Origin: an uncultured Nitrososphaerales archaeon
Lineage (GTDB): Archaea > Thermoproteota > Nitrososphaeria > Nitrososphaerales > Nitrososphaeraceae
Length of the DNA stretch: 64,000 nt
Assembly (NCBI GenBank): GCA_963841565.1
Contig: CAWJCY010000001.1
Span: 1 to 64,000 of the forward strand
Reading direction: 5' to 3'
Every line of letters starts with the position of its first letter. The stretch's first letter is position 1. Below the pieces are notes generated by a model. The model saw nothing but the letters and a program-made list of their open reading frames with translations, did no database searches and was not told where the DNA came from. Shown piece after piece: positions 48,719 to 59,081 of the stretch. Both the position numbers and the translations under genes were made by a program.

Positions 48719-49477
48719 TCAGCTACTTGTCAAGAGAAGATTTCGATTATGGTGGTCAGAGATCCTAGTTTGTTGTTCGACTGATAATGCCTTCTTTATT
48801 TCCTGTCGATGATGACAACAGAATGCTTTAACATTTGTTCGCTTATCGAATTTAGGAGCATAAGAGCATTCATAGTCTACAAGTTCTTCAATCCTGTTGA
48901 GGAGGTAGAATGATCCCATATCAGCAATAACACATAATCCTTTCATCCCAGAGTCTTGTATACTCTGTATCAAGGAACCTATTAGAGTCAATATTTTGTA
49001 CGGTTTGTAGCGGATAGGAAAGGAGGCATACGAATCCTCGAGTTGTTGACCAAATGCCCAAATCCTCTTCTCAACGGTATTGCCATTTCGATGGATATTG
49101 CTTGTTCCTTCAGACCGTATGTCAAGATTTGGACATGAATACGCGGCAACAGAATCCATTATTACCATTGGCCATTTTCTCAATTCTCCATCGAGGTCTA
49201 ACCCCATCCTCTTTAGCACATTTTTTATGTTACTAACAGTGTCGTAGTAGGATATTATCAAAATCATTTCATTTTCTGAACTATTTGAATTATTTTCAAG
49301 AAGCACATTTCTGCAGTATTTTGAATATAATTGCCTAAATGATCTGCGATTCGGATAAACCAACATATTATGTTCTCCATAGTTAGAGACCAGCAGTTCC
49401 TCAACCATAGCATTAGGATCAGCTGTAAGAGCTATCTTTTTTTCGCTATATAACGCATCATCAAGAAAGCCAAACAA
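48719..49477 (-). CDS. MEDS sensory domain protein
   Basis: EHNMLVY, GLCVIADMGSF, LVDYE, FCCHH...IS.HH. Confidence 0.75.
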   Translation of the reverse strand: MFGFLDDALYSEKKIALTADPNAMVEELLVSNYGEHNMLVYPNRRSFRQLYSKYCRNVLLENNSNSSENEMILIISYYDTVSNIKNVLKRMGLDLDGELRKWPMVIMDSVAAYSCPNLDIRSEGTSNIHRNGNTVEKRIWAFGQQLEDSYASFPIRYKPYKILTLIGSLIQSIQDSGMKGLCVIADMGSFYLLNRIEELVDYECSYAPKFDKRTNVKAFCCHHRQEIKKALSVEQQTRISDHHNRNLLLTSS

Positions 49478-49737
49478 TGTGATGGAATACCCTCATCGAA
49501 CTAGCAGCTCAACTAAGGTTCATCCTTTCGCATATTTATTGGTTTATCGATTTATCAATATTAGCATCTAGAATTGATCGTCCCGTTTCAAAAGATATTA
49601 GACCGCTTGAGGGGTTCAGCAGACACGTCACCACTATATGCATATTCAAAAGTCCGTATTTCAAGATCATGTGATGGCTAAAAACTGAACACATCCTTTG
49701 GCGTGTCAGAGATTCGACCGATAGTGCTAAGTCTAGA

Positions 49738-49811
49738 TGGACCGGGTGGGATTCGAACCCACGACCTCGGCAATGCCAATGCCGTATCCTACCAGACTAG
49801 ACGACCGGCCC
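49738..49811 (-). tRNA. tRNA-Ala (GGC)
   Basis: GGGCCGG...CGGCA TT GGC AT TGCCG...CCGGTCCA with the G3:U70 identity pair. Confidence 0.95.
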
Positions 49812-49884
49812 TATCTAGAGTCACAATATCCTCGATATTAATACGTTTGACAGCAGTTAACGATATTATATCGCACTTTATACT

Positions 49885-50328
49885 TTGTACTGGTTTAGGG
49901 TGGCGCCGGAACAATCTGTAGGTGCGGTAATAAAATACTGGTTACCAAATGGAGAAAGAGGGACAAACTCTGAGTTTTTGCTATTGCGAAATAGGAGGGG
50001 TTTCTGGGGTTTCCCACAAGGCCATAAGGAAAAGGGAGAGACTGAACTACAGACGTTGATTAGGGAAGTAACAGAAGAAACCGGCATTAGGTCTATTGAC
50101 ATTCAATCCTATATCGGAAAGATAAGTTATTCCTTCTTCAGAGGTGATGGGATGAAGTCTGAAAAAGAAGTGATTTTTTATTTTGCAACTACTAATACAA
50201 GAAATGTTAGAATTTCGGATGAGCATGCAGGTTACAGATGGGCGTCCTATCTCGATGCATTGTTAATGCTTGGTCATAGACAGCTTAAATCAATATTGTC
50301 GAGGGGACATCGGAAAGGGTTCTATTGA
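49885..50328 (+). CDS. NUDIX hydrolase (Ap4A hydrolase-like)
   Basis: WGFPQGHKEKGETELQTLIREVTEETG, SDEHAGYRW. Confidence 0.9.
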   Translation: MYWFRVAPEQSVGAVIKYWLPNGERGTNSEFLLLRNRRGFWGFPQGHKEKGETELQTLIREVTEETGIRSIDIQSYIGKISYSFFRGDGMKSEKEVIFYFATTNTRNVRISDEHAGYRWASYLDALLMLGHRQLKSILSRGHRKGFY

Positions 50329-50434
50329 ATTTTTGGCAATGACTCTTAACTGGTAGGAATTTTAGTATGAATTTTAGTATATCGGAATAGATTTATATCA
50401 ATGTTCAGGTGGAATAAGGAGGAAAGTTTAGATC

Positions 50435-52009
50435 ATGGTTAACGGTAAGCGAGTTGTACTGACTGCAGATAGGAGTCTCATGACCAATTACAGAGGCAAT
50501 TTTCTTTACGGCTTTATCGCCTGCGGCCCTTATGAACTAATTCCCGAGTTTGTATTCGATAAGCTCTTCTGTCCCAGTGTTGAAACTGATAAGGAAACAG
50601 GGGGAGTTAAGGTCGCTCAATGTGGATTGAGGCGAGTAGAGGCTGCTTTGCTCAAGGAGTACAAATCTGAGGACATCTTTATCGCTCACCCTGAAATGCT
50701 CGAAAAATGTGTTGGGCCTGAAACCAAAGTAATTGGAATAAATGTAATGGACCCTCTAGGAATGGCCCCAGTAACTACCACAATGTCCCCCGAAAAACTT
50801 TCTTATGTTGCCATGAAATTTAAGAAATTGTGTGCCGCCATAATCCAGCTCAAGAAAAAATATGGGTTCAAAGTTGTCGTTGGAGGTAATGGTGCGTGGG
50901 AGTTAGCCAAGCCAGATCGAATGAAAATTCATGGTATCGATACTGTAGTAATAGGCGAAGCTGATGAATTAGCACTTGATCTGTTTCATGATCTAGAATC
51001 TGGTGATGCACCTGAGTTACTTCACACTTTTGTTAGAAGAATTGAGAATATTCCGAGCATACGTGGACCAACAATCAACTCACTGATCGAGGCGATGAGA
51101 GGGTGTGGGAGAGGGTGCGATTTTTGCGATGTAAACAAGCGCTCAAAAAAAGACATTCCACTTGAAAGATTACAGGAAGAGGCTAAGATTAATTTGAAAT
51201 ATGGTTTTGACTCGATATGGCTTCAATCAGACGAGATGCTCCTTTATGGCTGTGATAACAGGGATTTTGTTCCCAATTCTGATGCAATAATCGACTTATG
51301 GTCTGGGCTCAAATCTGTTGGTGCAAACTTCATAGGCACTACGCACATGACTCTGTCAGCAGTAGCAAGCTCGCCCAATCTTATCACAAAATTATCCCAC
51401 ATCAACGGAATGGAGAGTAGCGGACGATGGCTGGCTACCAATCTAGGCGTCGAAACAGTTGCTCCGAGAATGGTAAAGAAACATCTTGGCGTTAAGACAA
51501 AGCCTTATCAGGCTGACGAATGGGGTGCAGTAGTGAGACAGGGGGTTAAGATCTTGAACCAAAACCATTGGTTTCCGGCTTTGACTCTTATCATAGGGTG
51601 GCCAGATGAAACCCCTGACGAAACTCAGTACACCATCGATCTGATTGATGACTTTCGAGAAACTAACATGCGTGGACTTGTCGCACCGTTACTATATCAA
51701 GATTTTTCAGAGAGGAATTCAATGCATTTTGGGAATCTCAATGAAGCCCAATTTGCTCTGTTTTGGAGATGCTGGCAGCACAACCTGTGGGTAATAAATG
51801 ACATTATTCCAATCATAATAAGAAACAAGACATACGGTCCTCTCATGAAAGTTTTCATGGCGACTCTGATAAAAGCCGGAACATGGGCGATAATGCGGTA
51901 TTTGAGAGGATTATCTAAGAATCTTTTTGACGGAAGACCACCAGAAGAAATCGTCTCCAAGTATTCGAGAAGAAAATCTGTTACTGCATCACTACCTCCA
52001 AAGCTCTAA
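50435..52009 (+). CDS. B12-binding-domain radical SAM enzyme, GDGT ring synthase (GrsA/B)-like
   Basis: VVLTADRSLMTNY, GLRRVEAAL, MDPLGMAP, VVVGGNGAW, RGCGRGCDFC; N-terminus resembles the Grs family. Confidence 0.7.
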   Translation: MVNGKRVVLTADRSLMTNYRGNFLYGFIACGPYELIPEFVFDKLFCPSVETDKETGGVKVAQCGLRRVEAALLKEYKSEDIFIAHPEMLEKCVGPETKVIGINVMDPLGMAPVTTTMSPEKLSYVAMKFKKLCAAIIQLKKKYGFKVVVGGNGAWELAKPDRMKIHGIDTVVIGEADELALDLFHDLESGDAPELLHTFVRRIENIPSIRGPTINSLIEAMRGCGRGCDFCDVNKRSKKDIPLERLQEEAKINLKYGFDSIWLQSDEMLLYGCDNRDFVPNSDAIIDLWSGLKSVGANFIGTTHMTLSAVASSPNLITKLSHINGMESSGRWLATNLGVETVAPRMVKKHLGVKTKPYQADEWGAVVRQGVKILNQNHWFPALTLIIGWPDETPDETQYTIDLIDDFRETNMRGLVAPLLYQDFSERNSMHFGNLNEAQFALFWRCWQHNLWVINDIIPIIIRNKTYGPLMKVFMATLIKAGTWAIMRYLRGLSKNLFDGRPPEEIVSKYSRRKSVTASLPPKL

Positions 52010-52118
52010 CAATCTGTATCTTGCCTAGGTAGACGAACGTGGCATCAGAAATAGTTCACCTCATACTTTAGTGAAGACCGTTTTCATATACTAGACTGGA
52101 GAAAGCCGACCAAATATT

Positions 52119-52457
52119 TCAGGGTTTTTTTGACTCGAGCGCAGTTATAGCTTCATCTGCTATTGTAGCCCTGGTAGGAGTCAATATAATGAAATAATTC
52201 TTATCAGCCCGTTCAACAGAACTTACTTGCTTGTATTTCTTTGTTGAAACATCAAATTCTAACATTCCAGGTTCTAAATTTCCTTTGGTATAAACCATCA
52301 TTAAAACTTCGCCTGAAATAGGGCTCAAAGGGACTATGGAGAATACATACCCTTTGTACGAACTTACTGGCAAGATCTGTTTCATGTACGGGGCTACTGA
52401 TACCAAATACATGAATACTTCTTCCACGGAAGTAAATTCCTCGAATTCAAATTTCAT
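52119..52457 (-). CDS. hypothetical protein
   Basis: 112-aa ATG ORF with a TATA-like TTTATAT upstream. Confidence 0.7.
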   Translation of the reverse strand: MKFEFEEFTSVEEVFMYLVSVAPYMKQILPVSSYKGYVFSIVPLSPISGEVLMMVYTKGNLEPGMLEFDVSTKKYKQVSSVERADKNYFIILTPTRATIADEAITALESKKP

Positions 52458-52508
52458 GTCGTTGTTCTAAACATATCCGGATATAAAGGCTTTAGTGAAT
52501 GTATCAGT

Positions 52509-53348
52509 CTATCCATATGATTCGAATTTGACGTCATAACTACCGTCCTTTCTCTTTTGACGTTCGGTAACAAAACCCTTAGGCACCAGGTAATCGAGTG
52601 CACCATCAACTGTTCCCTGCCAACCACACACATAGAAACACGTATTGTCTGGAGTTATTTTCTCACCCACTAATTCCTCTAATGGAGATTTGTCCGTTCC
52701 CGCTTTTGGTCTTAAGAATGATTCCACCCTCCCTTTCTGCCCCCCCCATGTCCTATTGAACCATTCCTGAGGCCTGCTGATACTTGCTCTATATCGGAAT
52801 TTCCACTCCCTGCCGTCATCTAAACTTTCATCTTCGAGTTGGGTTAAGAGCTCTCTGTAGCTCAGTTCGTCTACATAACTAGCGCCATGAAGGACCACAA
52901 TCTCTCTCTTACTATGAGTAGACTTTAGATGGAGTGAGTAGGCTATAAATGGGGCCAACCCCGTCCCTCCACCAATTAGTACCATCCTCCTCTCATCAGG
53001 TGTCCCATCCGGCTTCGATTGATTGATTGTGAATATACCAGTGGGCTTCACCCAACTAATTTCATCTCCTTCCTTTATATTGAATAATTCAGTCGTAAGC
53101 CTTCCCGGTACTGGTTTTCTTACCCAGCGTATGAGCAGTTCAAAATGTTTTTTCTGCTCCGGTGGTGACGCTATCGAATACGCCCTACGGATCACTTTTC
53201 CTTCTCGAGGTATGTGTGTCCCAACAGTTACGAACTGACCTGCCTTGAAGTCAGGTACTTGACCATCATTTGGAGTTATTCGTAAAATCAATAAATCTTC
53301 CTTTAAGACCCTAAGGTACGAAATTCTTCCTTTGTTATCAACTACCAT
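52509..53348 (-). CDS. ferredoxin--NADP+ reductase (FNR family)
   Basis: FKAGQF, RRAYSIAS, GRLT, GGGTGLAPF, YVCGW, terminal FESYG; likely start MVVDNK. Confidence 0.9.
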   Translation of the reverse strand: MVVDNKGRISYLRVLKEDLLILRITPNDGQVPDFKAGQFVTVGTHIPREGKVIRRAYSIASPPEQKKHFELLIRWVRKPVPGRLTTELFNIKEGDEISWVKPTGIFTINQSKPDGTPDERRMVLIGGGTGLAPFIAYSLHLKSTHSKREIVVLHGASYVDELSYRELLTQLEDESLDDGREWKFRYRASISRPQEWFNRTWGGQKGRVESFLRPKAGTDKSPLEELVGEKITPDNTCFYVCGWQGTVDGALDYLVPKGFVTERQKRKDGSYDVKFESYG

Positions 53349-53548
53349 GTATTCCTGGAGTTTGGGTATTGTAAATAAACATTGTCCTAAGATATCCAGA
53401 AGAGAAGCCGCCATAATGATAGTTCACAAAACCTGGTACCCAATTTGTAATTGCAGTTGACGTTCGTTCTACATTAATATTGCTTAATTGGGTAATCTAT
53501 TACTGTCATTGTTTTTAAGTTGTGTTAAGCTTCTAATCCCTGAGGTAG

Positions 53549-53845
53549 GTGCCATTGATTAAGTTTGGCAGGGATGGAGTCCCCGATGCTTCTGCTGAAG
53601 TGGAAGAGCTTGCAAATCTTATCAATGACCAAAGCTCTGAACAGAAGAAACTCATCTTCCAATTTAAATCTGCAATGAATATATTTGCTTCGGAAAGATC
53701 ATTGGATTCTTGCCTTGAAGCCTTGAATGTTTGTATGCAACTTACAAACACTCGCCGACGCCTCCTAGAATCTTACCAGCAATATTCAAGACTCTTGGAA
53801 AACGAGATAACAAGAATTAACAAGGACTCTGGGCAAGATAAATAG
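53549..53845 (+). CDS. hypothetical helical protein
   Basis: 98-aa ORF with coiled-coil character. Confidence 0.55.
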   Translation: MPLIKFGRDGVPDASAEVEELANLINDQSSEQKKLIFQFKSAMNIFASERSLDSCLEALNVCMQLTNTRRRLLESYQQYSRLLENEITRINKDSGQDK

Positions 53846-53893
53846 TTAGAGCACATTGGATAATCATTAGAATTCTTTATTGAGATATTCTTC

Positions 53894-55384
53894 CTAATTT
53901 ACCGCAGACTTTCCCTCGAGAAACTTTTTCAGATCCCCTATGCCAATTCTTTCCTGCTCCATTGAATCTCTATATCTGACAGTTACGGTATCATCTACTA
54001 GCGTCTGCTGGTCTATGGTAAGTGCAAATGGAGCTCCAATTTCTTCTAGCCGTCTATAACGTCTACCAATCGAACCTGACTCATCGTAGACCGAATCGAA
54101 ATCTCTCTTTAGAAGAGAGTGAATTGTCCTAGACTTCTCGACCATGCTAGTTTTCGACATTAGGGGAAGAACTCCAACCGTAATAGGAGCAAGATAAGGA
54201 TTGAGTCTTAGGACGACTCGATCATCATGTCTAAAATCTTCGTAATATGAGTGTTCTAGGATACTGTATAGACTTCTATCAATTCCCATCGACAACTCAA
54301 AAATGTGAGGTAAAACTTTGACCTGGTTAGTCGGCTCCACAACTTCAAAGTTACGGTTACTAGTCACAGAATGACCTTTTAGGTCATAATCTGCCCGGTA
54401 ATTACAAGCTACTAGCTCCAACCAACCTATGCTAGTTTCTACCTCAAAATCGAATGCAAGATGAGAATAGAAAGCCTTCTCATCATCGGCTAATCTTCTA
54501 AATCTAGTTCTCTTCATGTCAATTCCAGTTTTGCTATAGAACTCTGTTAATAGTGCTAAGTAGTAGGCAATCAGCTCATTAGGTAACAAGCCCTGTTTCA
54601 AACAGTCGTTGGCAGTTATATCTCGATGAAATTCCTCATCAAATAAATTAAGTGTAGTATCTCGGACCTCGTCAAACTTGGGCACCTCATTTAACCGGTC
54701 AGGGTTACAAAAAACTTCAATCTCAGCCTGATAAAATTCCCTGAGTCTCAACAGGCTCTGTCTGGGTGCAATTTCATTTCTAAAGCTCTTGCCAATCTGA
54801 GCAATCCCTAGTGGAAGCCTACCTCTCATTGTCTTGAATACTCGTGCGAAATCAACAAAAATAGTTTGGCAGGTTTCAGGTCTTAAATACGCTTCATCAT
54901 GCGAAGAACCGATACCGACCTTGAACATCATATTGAATCTAGTTACTGGTTTAAATTCTCCTTTGCAATTTTGGCATTGTATATGATTTTCGCTTATCAT
55001 TGAGTTCAGTATTATCTCCGAAGTACCTTCTGGGATAAGTTTCCCCAATTTTTCAGAGAGGTATCGGTCTGCCCGAAATATTGAACCACATTTCCTGCAT
55101 TCCACTAGTGGATCATTGAAGTTACGTAAATGTCCAGAGGCTTCGAAAACGCTCCTGCTCATTATTTGCGACCCATCGATTTCTATCATGCCGTCTCGCC
55201 GTATTAACTCCCTTCGCCATAGCGCTAGGAATTTATTCTTCATATTGACTCCTACAGGACCATATTCCCAGAATCCTGCAGGTGCGTCTGGGTAGATCTC
55301 GCAGCTAGGAAAGTAAAATCCGCGTTCAAGTGCAAGCTTCATAATTTGGTCGTAACTGGTCATAGTATTGCTGGAGACAAGCAC
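53894..55384 (-). CDS. glyS: glycine--tRNA ligase (alpha2 type)
   Basis: YLRPETCQ, GKSFRNEIAPR..LLRLREF, GSIGRRYRR. Confidence 0.96.
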   Translation of the reverse strand: MLVSSNTMTSYDQIMKLALERGFYFPSCEIYPDAPAGFWEYGPVGVNMKNKFLALWRRELIRRDGMIEIDGSQIMSRSVFEASGHLRNFNDPLVECRKCGSIFRADRYLSEKLGKLIPEGTSEIILNSMISENHIQCQNCKGEFKPVTRFNMMFKVGIGSSHDEAYLRPETCQTIFVDFARVFKTMRGRLPLGIAQIGKSFRNEIAPRQSLLRLREFYQAEIEVFCNPDRLNEVPKFDEVRDTTLNLFDEEFHRDITANDCLKQGLLPNELIAYYLALLTEFYSKTGIDMKRTRFRRLADDEKAFYSHLAFDFEVETSIGWLELVACNYRADYDLKGHSVTSNRNFEVVEPTNQVKVLPHIFELSMGIDRSLYSILEHSYYEDFRHDDRVVLRLNPYLAPITVGVLPLMSKTSMVEKSRTIHSLLKRDFDSVYDESGSIGRRYRRLEEIGAPFALTIDQQTLVDDTVTVRYRDSMEQERIGIGDLKKFLEGKSAVN

Positions 55385-55703
55385 CTTTAGGTTTTAAATT
55401 TGTTGGTGGGTGACAGTGGATTATTGAAGATGAATTCAACAATTAGGATCCTGCCTCCATATCTAACTCCATCCAACCTATTTTTTGAGTAGAAGAGATG
55501 CCCAGGTGTATGCCATATGGACGATCTTAAATTTTAAGAAGCCTTGTGAAGGAGTATTGACCTAATCGATTGGTTGCGCGCTAGTTAACCAATTAGAATT
55601 CCCTCTACTAGTGTAGAAATAAGTCTAACCGGGAATGTTATAAGAATTGACTAATATTGGACCGCTGTTATTTTATAACCGCAGCCAATAATAGAGTGCA
55701 ACT

Positions 55704-56753
55704 ATGAATATACGACTCGGAACTGCCGACTTGGCAAAATATCCTTTCCTGAACGAGGCAGCCGAGTATATGCATCAAACTTACTTCAATCTTGATGATC
55801 TTAATCTACCAGAGCTTGGACATATAGTAGAAAGAGCATCAAACAGGATAAGAAGTGAAATAGTACACGGCAAACCAGACTACGTACTAGAAAGACATGA
55901 GGTCGAGATATTGACATTTCTTGTAGGAATTCTAATCATTAAAGCAATAAATTCCGACAATCTGACCAAAAAGCATTGCCTGTGCGAAGCGCTTAGAGCC
56001 GAAAAATTTCTTGTGCGTGATTTGAAAGCGCAAGGAGATCTTTCAAATAAGAAACTTTTGATTTTCAAGGTTTTTAGAGAGCTGTTACAGATGGACGTAC
56101 TCCCAAGTCTGAAATACCAGGTAATGTTTGAGGTGAAAGTAACAGACTATCTAAAAAGATCTCATCTGTTTTACGAGCAAGAATGGAAGCTTATCAACAG
56201 ACTTGTGCACGACGGTCGGGTATTTCTCGATCCTGATGAGACAGTGCGACTAATTCGATCTGAGGTAGCAAATCTCTTACTAGAAAGAATAAGACAAATG
56301 AACCCATCTCACATACCTGCAACAATAAGAGAGCAGGCAAATTTTCTAAAATCGATAATTCCTGTGGCACCTCGCAACCTTGACAATGCCCCGTCCGTTT
56401 ACCCTCCTTGTATAAAACACGCTTTGGACCACATGGCAGCTGGAGAGAATCTGCCTCATTCTGCGAGGGTGATGCTCGCCACTTATATGCTTGCTATAGG
56501 AAAAAATATTGAAGAGATAGTATCACTTTTCAAAACTGCCCCAGATTTTGACGAAAGGGTATCTAGGTATCAGGTTGAACACTTAGCGGGAGAGAGAGGA
56601 AGTCGTGTTCGCTACTTGGTCCCTTCGTGTACCAAATTACGAAATGATGGACTCTGCTTCGCGACGAGCCAGTGCGAAGGATTGATAAATCCAGTGCAGT
56701 TCGGAAGAGCAGTGAAATTCCATTCAAGGAATGCAAATGTGGGACAAGTGTGA
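55704..56753 (+). CDS. priL: DNA primase large subunit
   Basis: AKYPF, YPPCI, NLPHSAR, APDFD....YQVEH, PSC...LC...C...NP. Confidence 0.92.
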   Translation: MNIRLGTADLAKYPFLNEAAEYMHQTYFNLDDLNLPELGHIVERASNRIRSEIVHGKPDYVLERHEVEILTFLVGILIIKAINSDNLTKKHCLCEALRAEKFLVRDLKAQGDLSNKKLLIFKVFRELLQMDVLPSLKYQVMFEVKVTDYLKRSHLFYEQEWKLINRLVHDGRVFLDPDETVRLIRSEVANLLLERIRQMNPSHIPATIREQANFLKSIIPVAPRNLDNAPSVYPPCIKHALDHMAAGENLPHSARVMLATYMLAIGKNIEEIVSLFKTAPDFDERVSRYQVEHLAGERGSRVRYLVPSCTKLRNDGLCFATSQCEGLINPVQFGRAVKFHSRNANVGQV

Positions 56754-56769
56754 AAGTCCTTAAACAATC

Positions 56770-57933
56770 ATGATCCTGACCAAAACGGACGAAGATTTGC
56801 ATTTAGTGAGAATAGCTTTCAGAGAATTCTATTTTAATCACGGGAATAAGGTGGAGGAGCCATCAAGAATACAGAATCGAGAGTTTGGACTAATGGGATT
56901 CGATGGTGTGATGAAGAGGCATCTTACATTTTCCAGTTTGGGAGGATTGGTTGCGTCATTGATATTGGAAACTCCTTCAGATGTATTTGCGTCGAACGCA
57001 CAGTACGACTTCCCAGTACTCCCGATAAGTGAAAAAGGGTGGCGAGGAGCGGATTTAATTTTTGATATCGATCTGAAGGACCTCAACTTGAAATGCAGGC
57101 AGTCTCATTCTTTTTTGACATGCTATTCCTGTAGTAGCAATTACAGCTCCGGTTCTCAGGAATGTTGTCCAAAGTGCGGTTCAAACAACTTTGCAGAATC
57201 AATGCTGCCCTGTGATAGATGTGTTAATGGGCTAAAAAATGAAGTTTTGAAATTGCATCGGTTCCTTACCTCTGACATAGGAATAAGCCCAGAAAAGATC
57301 ACTACATATTTCTCAGGCAACAACGGTTTTCACGTTCACGTTCTAGATGAATCATTCAATGATTTAGATAGGCGAGCACGAGCGGATTTGGCTGCATACA
57401 TAATGGGAGTGGGAATTTTGGCCGATGTTATTGGGGTCACTAAAGATACCCGAAATGATTTTCGCGTTAGATTCCCAAAAGGTGGATTGGATCATGGTTG
57501 GCGAAAAAGAATCTCCGAAAGATTAGGGATATCTATGACGTCGCAGAAAAGGCTAACTAACTTGATCAAGGAACTTGGGGGCTTGGAACAATTTAGGAGG
57601 AGAGTTGCCGAAATTACAAAGGAGATGGGCGTGCGGATTGATTCGCAGGTCACCACTGACGTTCACAGAGTGTTTAGGTTGCCAGGAACATTGAATGGCA
57701 AGAGTGGGCTTACAAAGATTCTATGCGCTGATCTGAATTCATTTGATCCTTTCGACGAATCATGCCAGCTTTCAAATCGCGAAGTCACTGTCAAGATCAC
57801 GCTCCCGAAGCTGAAACTGCGGCTTAAAGGTGAGAGATTCAATCTTACTGAGGAGATTGTTCGTGTACCTATGTATATGGGAGTTTACCTAATATCTAAG
57901 GGTCTCGCACATACAGTGCATTTCGATTCTTGA
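56770..57933 (+). CDS. priS: DNA primase small subunit
   Basis: REFG, GADLIFDID, FSGNNGFH, DVHRVFRLPGTLNGKSG. Confidence 0.94.
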   Translation: MILTKTDEDLHLVRIAFREFYFNHGNKVEEPSRIQNREFGLMGFDGVMKRHLTFSSLGGLVASLILETPSDVFASNAQYDFPVLPISEKGWRGADLIFDIDLKDLNLKCRQSHSFLTCYSCSSNYSSGSQECCPKCGSNNFAESMLPCDRCVNGLKNEVLKLHRFLTSDIGISPEKITTYFSGNNGFHVHVLDESFNDLDRRARADLAAYIMGVGILADVIGVTKDTRNDFRVRFPKGGLDHGWRKRISERLGISMTSQKRLTNLIKELGGLEQFRRRVAEITKEMGVRIDSQVTTDVHRVFRLPGTLNGKSGLTKILCADLNSFDPFDESCQLSNREVTVKITLPKLKLRLKGERFNLTEEIVRVPMYMGVYLISKGLAHTVHFDS

Positions 57934-58070
57934 ACAGGTCGATTTTTGTCCTTGTTTCAACTCCTTGAATTGGTTGAAGTGGAAAAAATTTGAGATCCCT
58001 TTAGGATCAAGAAAAATATACGAGATGCATCAACCTTTTTAGATTCAAAAATATAGAGGGTAATAGGCTA

Positions 58071-58490
58071 GTGATTGATGGTGTGTTGAGCGACGATCAT
58101 GAATTGATCCCTATGGTAAAATGGCTTGTTGCGTTTAGAAATAGAAATTCGCGTAGATTCACGGGGATTATCTCAATAAGGGAATTTCAATGCGGTGGCT
58201 ATTACGACGCATTCGAGAGAGTTCAAGCCTATGCAGAGAAAACTAACTCTGAGGTCTTATGGTTCAAGGAGAAAAAGGCATGCGATGAACCAATCACCTA
58301 TTCTATTCAACTACCACTTGGATGGTTTTGCACTTACTGCAATGTGGAGCACAATACTGAAGACTCGATACCATGCCAAGAGATACACTGTAATTCCATC
58401 TTGTGTTCCAGGAAATGTTACGAAAATCATGTGGAATTGAAACACATGAATTCAGATACTCTTAGGAGATTTACTTTCAAGTACAGCTAA
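58071..58490 (+). CDS. hypothetical protein with C-terminal Zn finger
   Basis: CTYC...C...C..LCSRKC..H...H. Confidence 0.5.
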   Translation: MIDGVLSDDHELIPMVKWLVAFRNRNSRRFTGIISIREFQCGGYYDAFERVQAYAEKTNSEVLWFKEKKACDEPITYSIQLPLGWFCTYCNVEHNTEDSIPCQEIHCNSILCSRKCYENHVELKHMNSDTLRRFTFKYS

Positions 58491-59081
58491 AGGTTTGAAC
58501 AGCCTGAGTGTCATTAGTCTAATACGCTCTGGATCCTGCCTGAATCGATCCAGGCAGGTTGAGGTATAGTTACCAGGGGCTTCGTTTAGAATCTCCTCTA
58601 CTCCAAAACCCATCTTGACAAAAGCCTCCAGGAGCCATTTGGCCCAAGTATAATATGCAGCGTCTGAAACTGGTTGAAGCAATTCATCAATTATTTCGGT
58701 GACTATTTCAAGTGTACCCAACTTCTTTAGTTTGAGGAAGATGTTTGCATATAACGAGATCCAATCAGCATGGTAATGACGATCAACATATTCAGGATCC
58801 GGAAGTACCATAATCACTCTATCTATTGTTTCATTTTCAAAATCCCTGATTCTATTCTCGAAACTATCGTTTATGAGCACTACGTTATCAGCGTTGATGC
58901 GCCCCGTGGCTTCACTGTAAAGAGTACTATTATTTTCTATGCCTACGAAGAGTGTATTGGTGCTTTGTTCATCTTTTGACAGTTCATACAAATGCCTTCC
59001 ATCACCCATTCCCAGCTCTACAACCAATTTCAAGGCGTTACTAATCGTGTAGTCCTTATAGCAAATTAGGAAATATATCAT
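58452..59081 (-). CDS. TrmB-like SAM-dependent methyltransferase
   Basis: VVELGMGDG, FVGIE, VIMVLPDP, LK..G.L..VT. Confidence 0.65.
   Translation of the reverse strand: MIYFLICYKDYTISNALKLVVELGMGDGRHLYELSKDEQSTNTLFVGIENNSTLYSEATGRINADNVVLINDSFENRIRDFENETIDRVIMVLPDPEYVDRHYHADWISLYANIFLKLKKLGTLEIVTEIIDELLQPVSDAAYYTWAKWLLEAFVKMGFGVEEILNEAPGNYTSTCLDRFRQDPERIRLMTLRLFKPLAVLESKSPKSI

Noticed and set aside
14151-49921. Short ORFs overlapping tRNA genes (14151..14384, 30459..30659, 49703..49921) and antisense ORFs within nuo and mevalonate genes
   Set aside because: Spurious frames overlapping well-supported features.
55566-55596. ATTGGTT...AACCAAT inverted repeat between divergent glyS and priL
   Set aside because: A single 7-bp repeat is expected by chance; no second copy seen.
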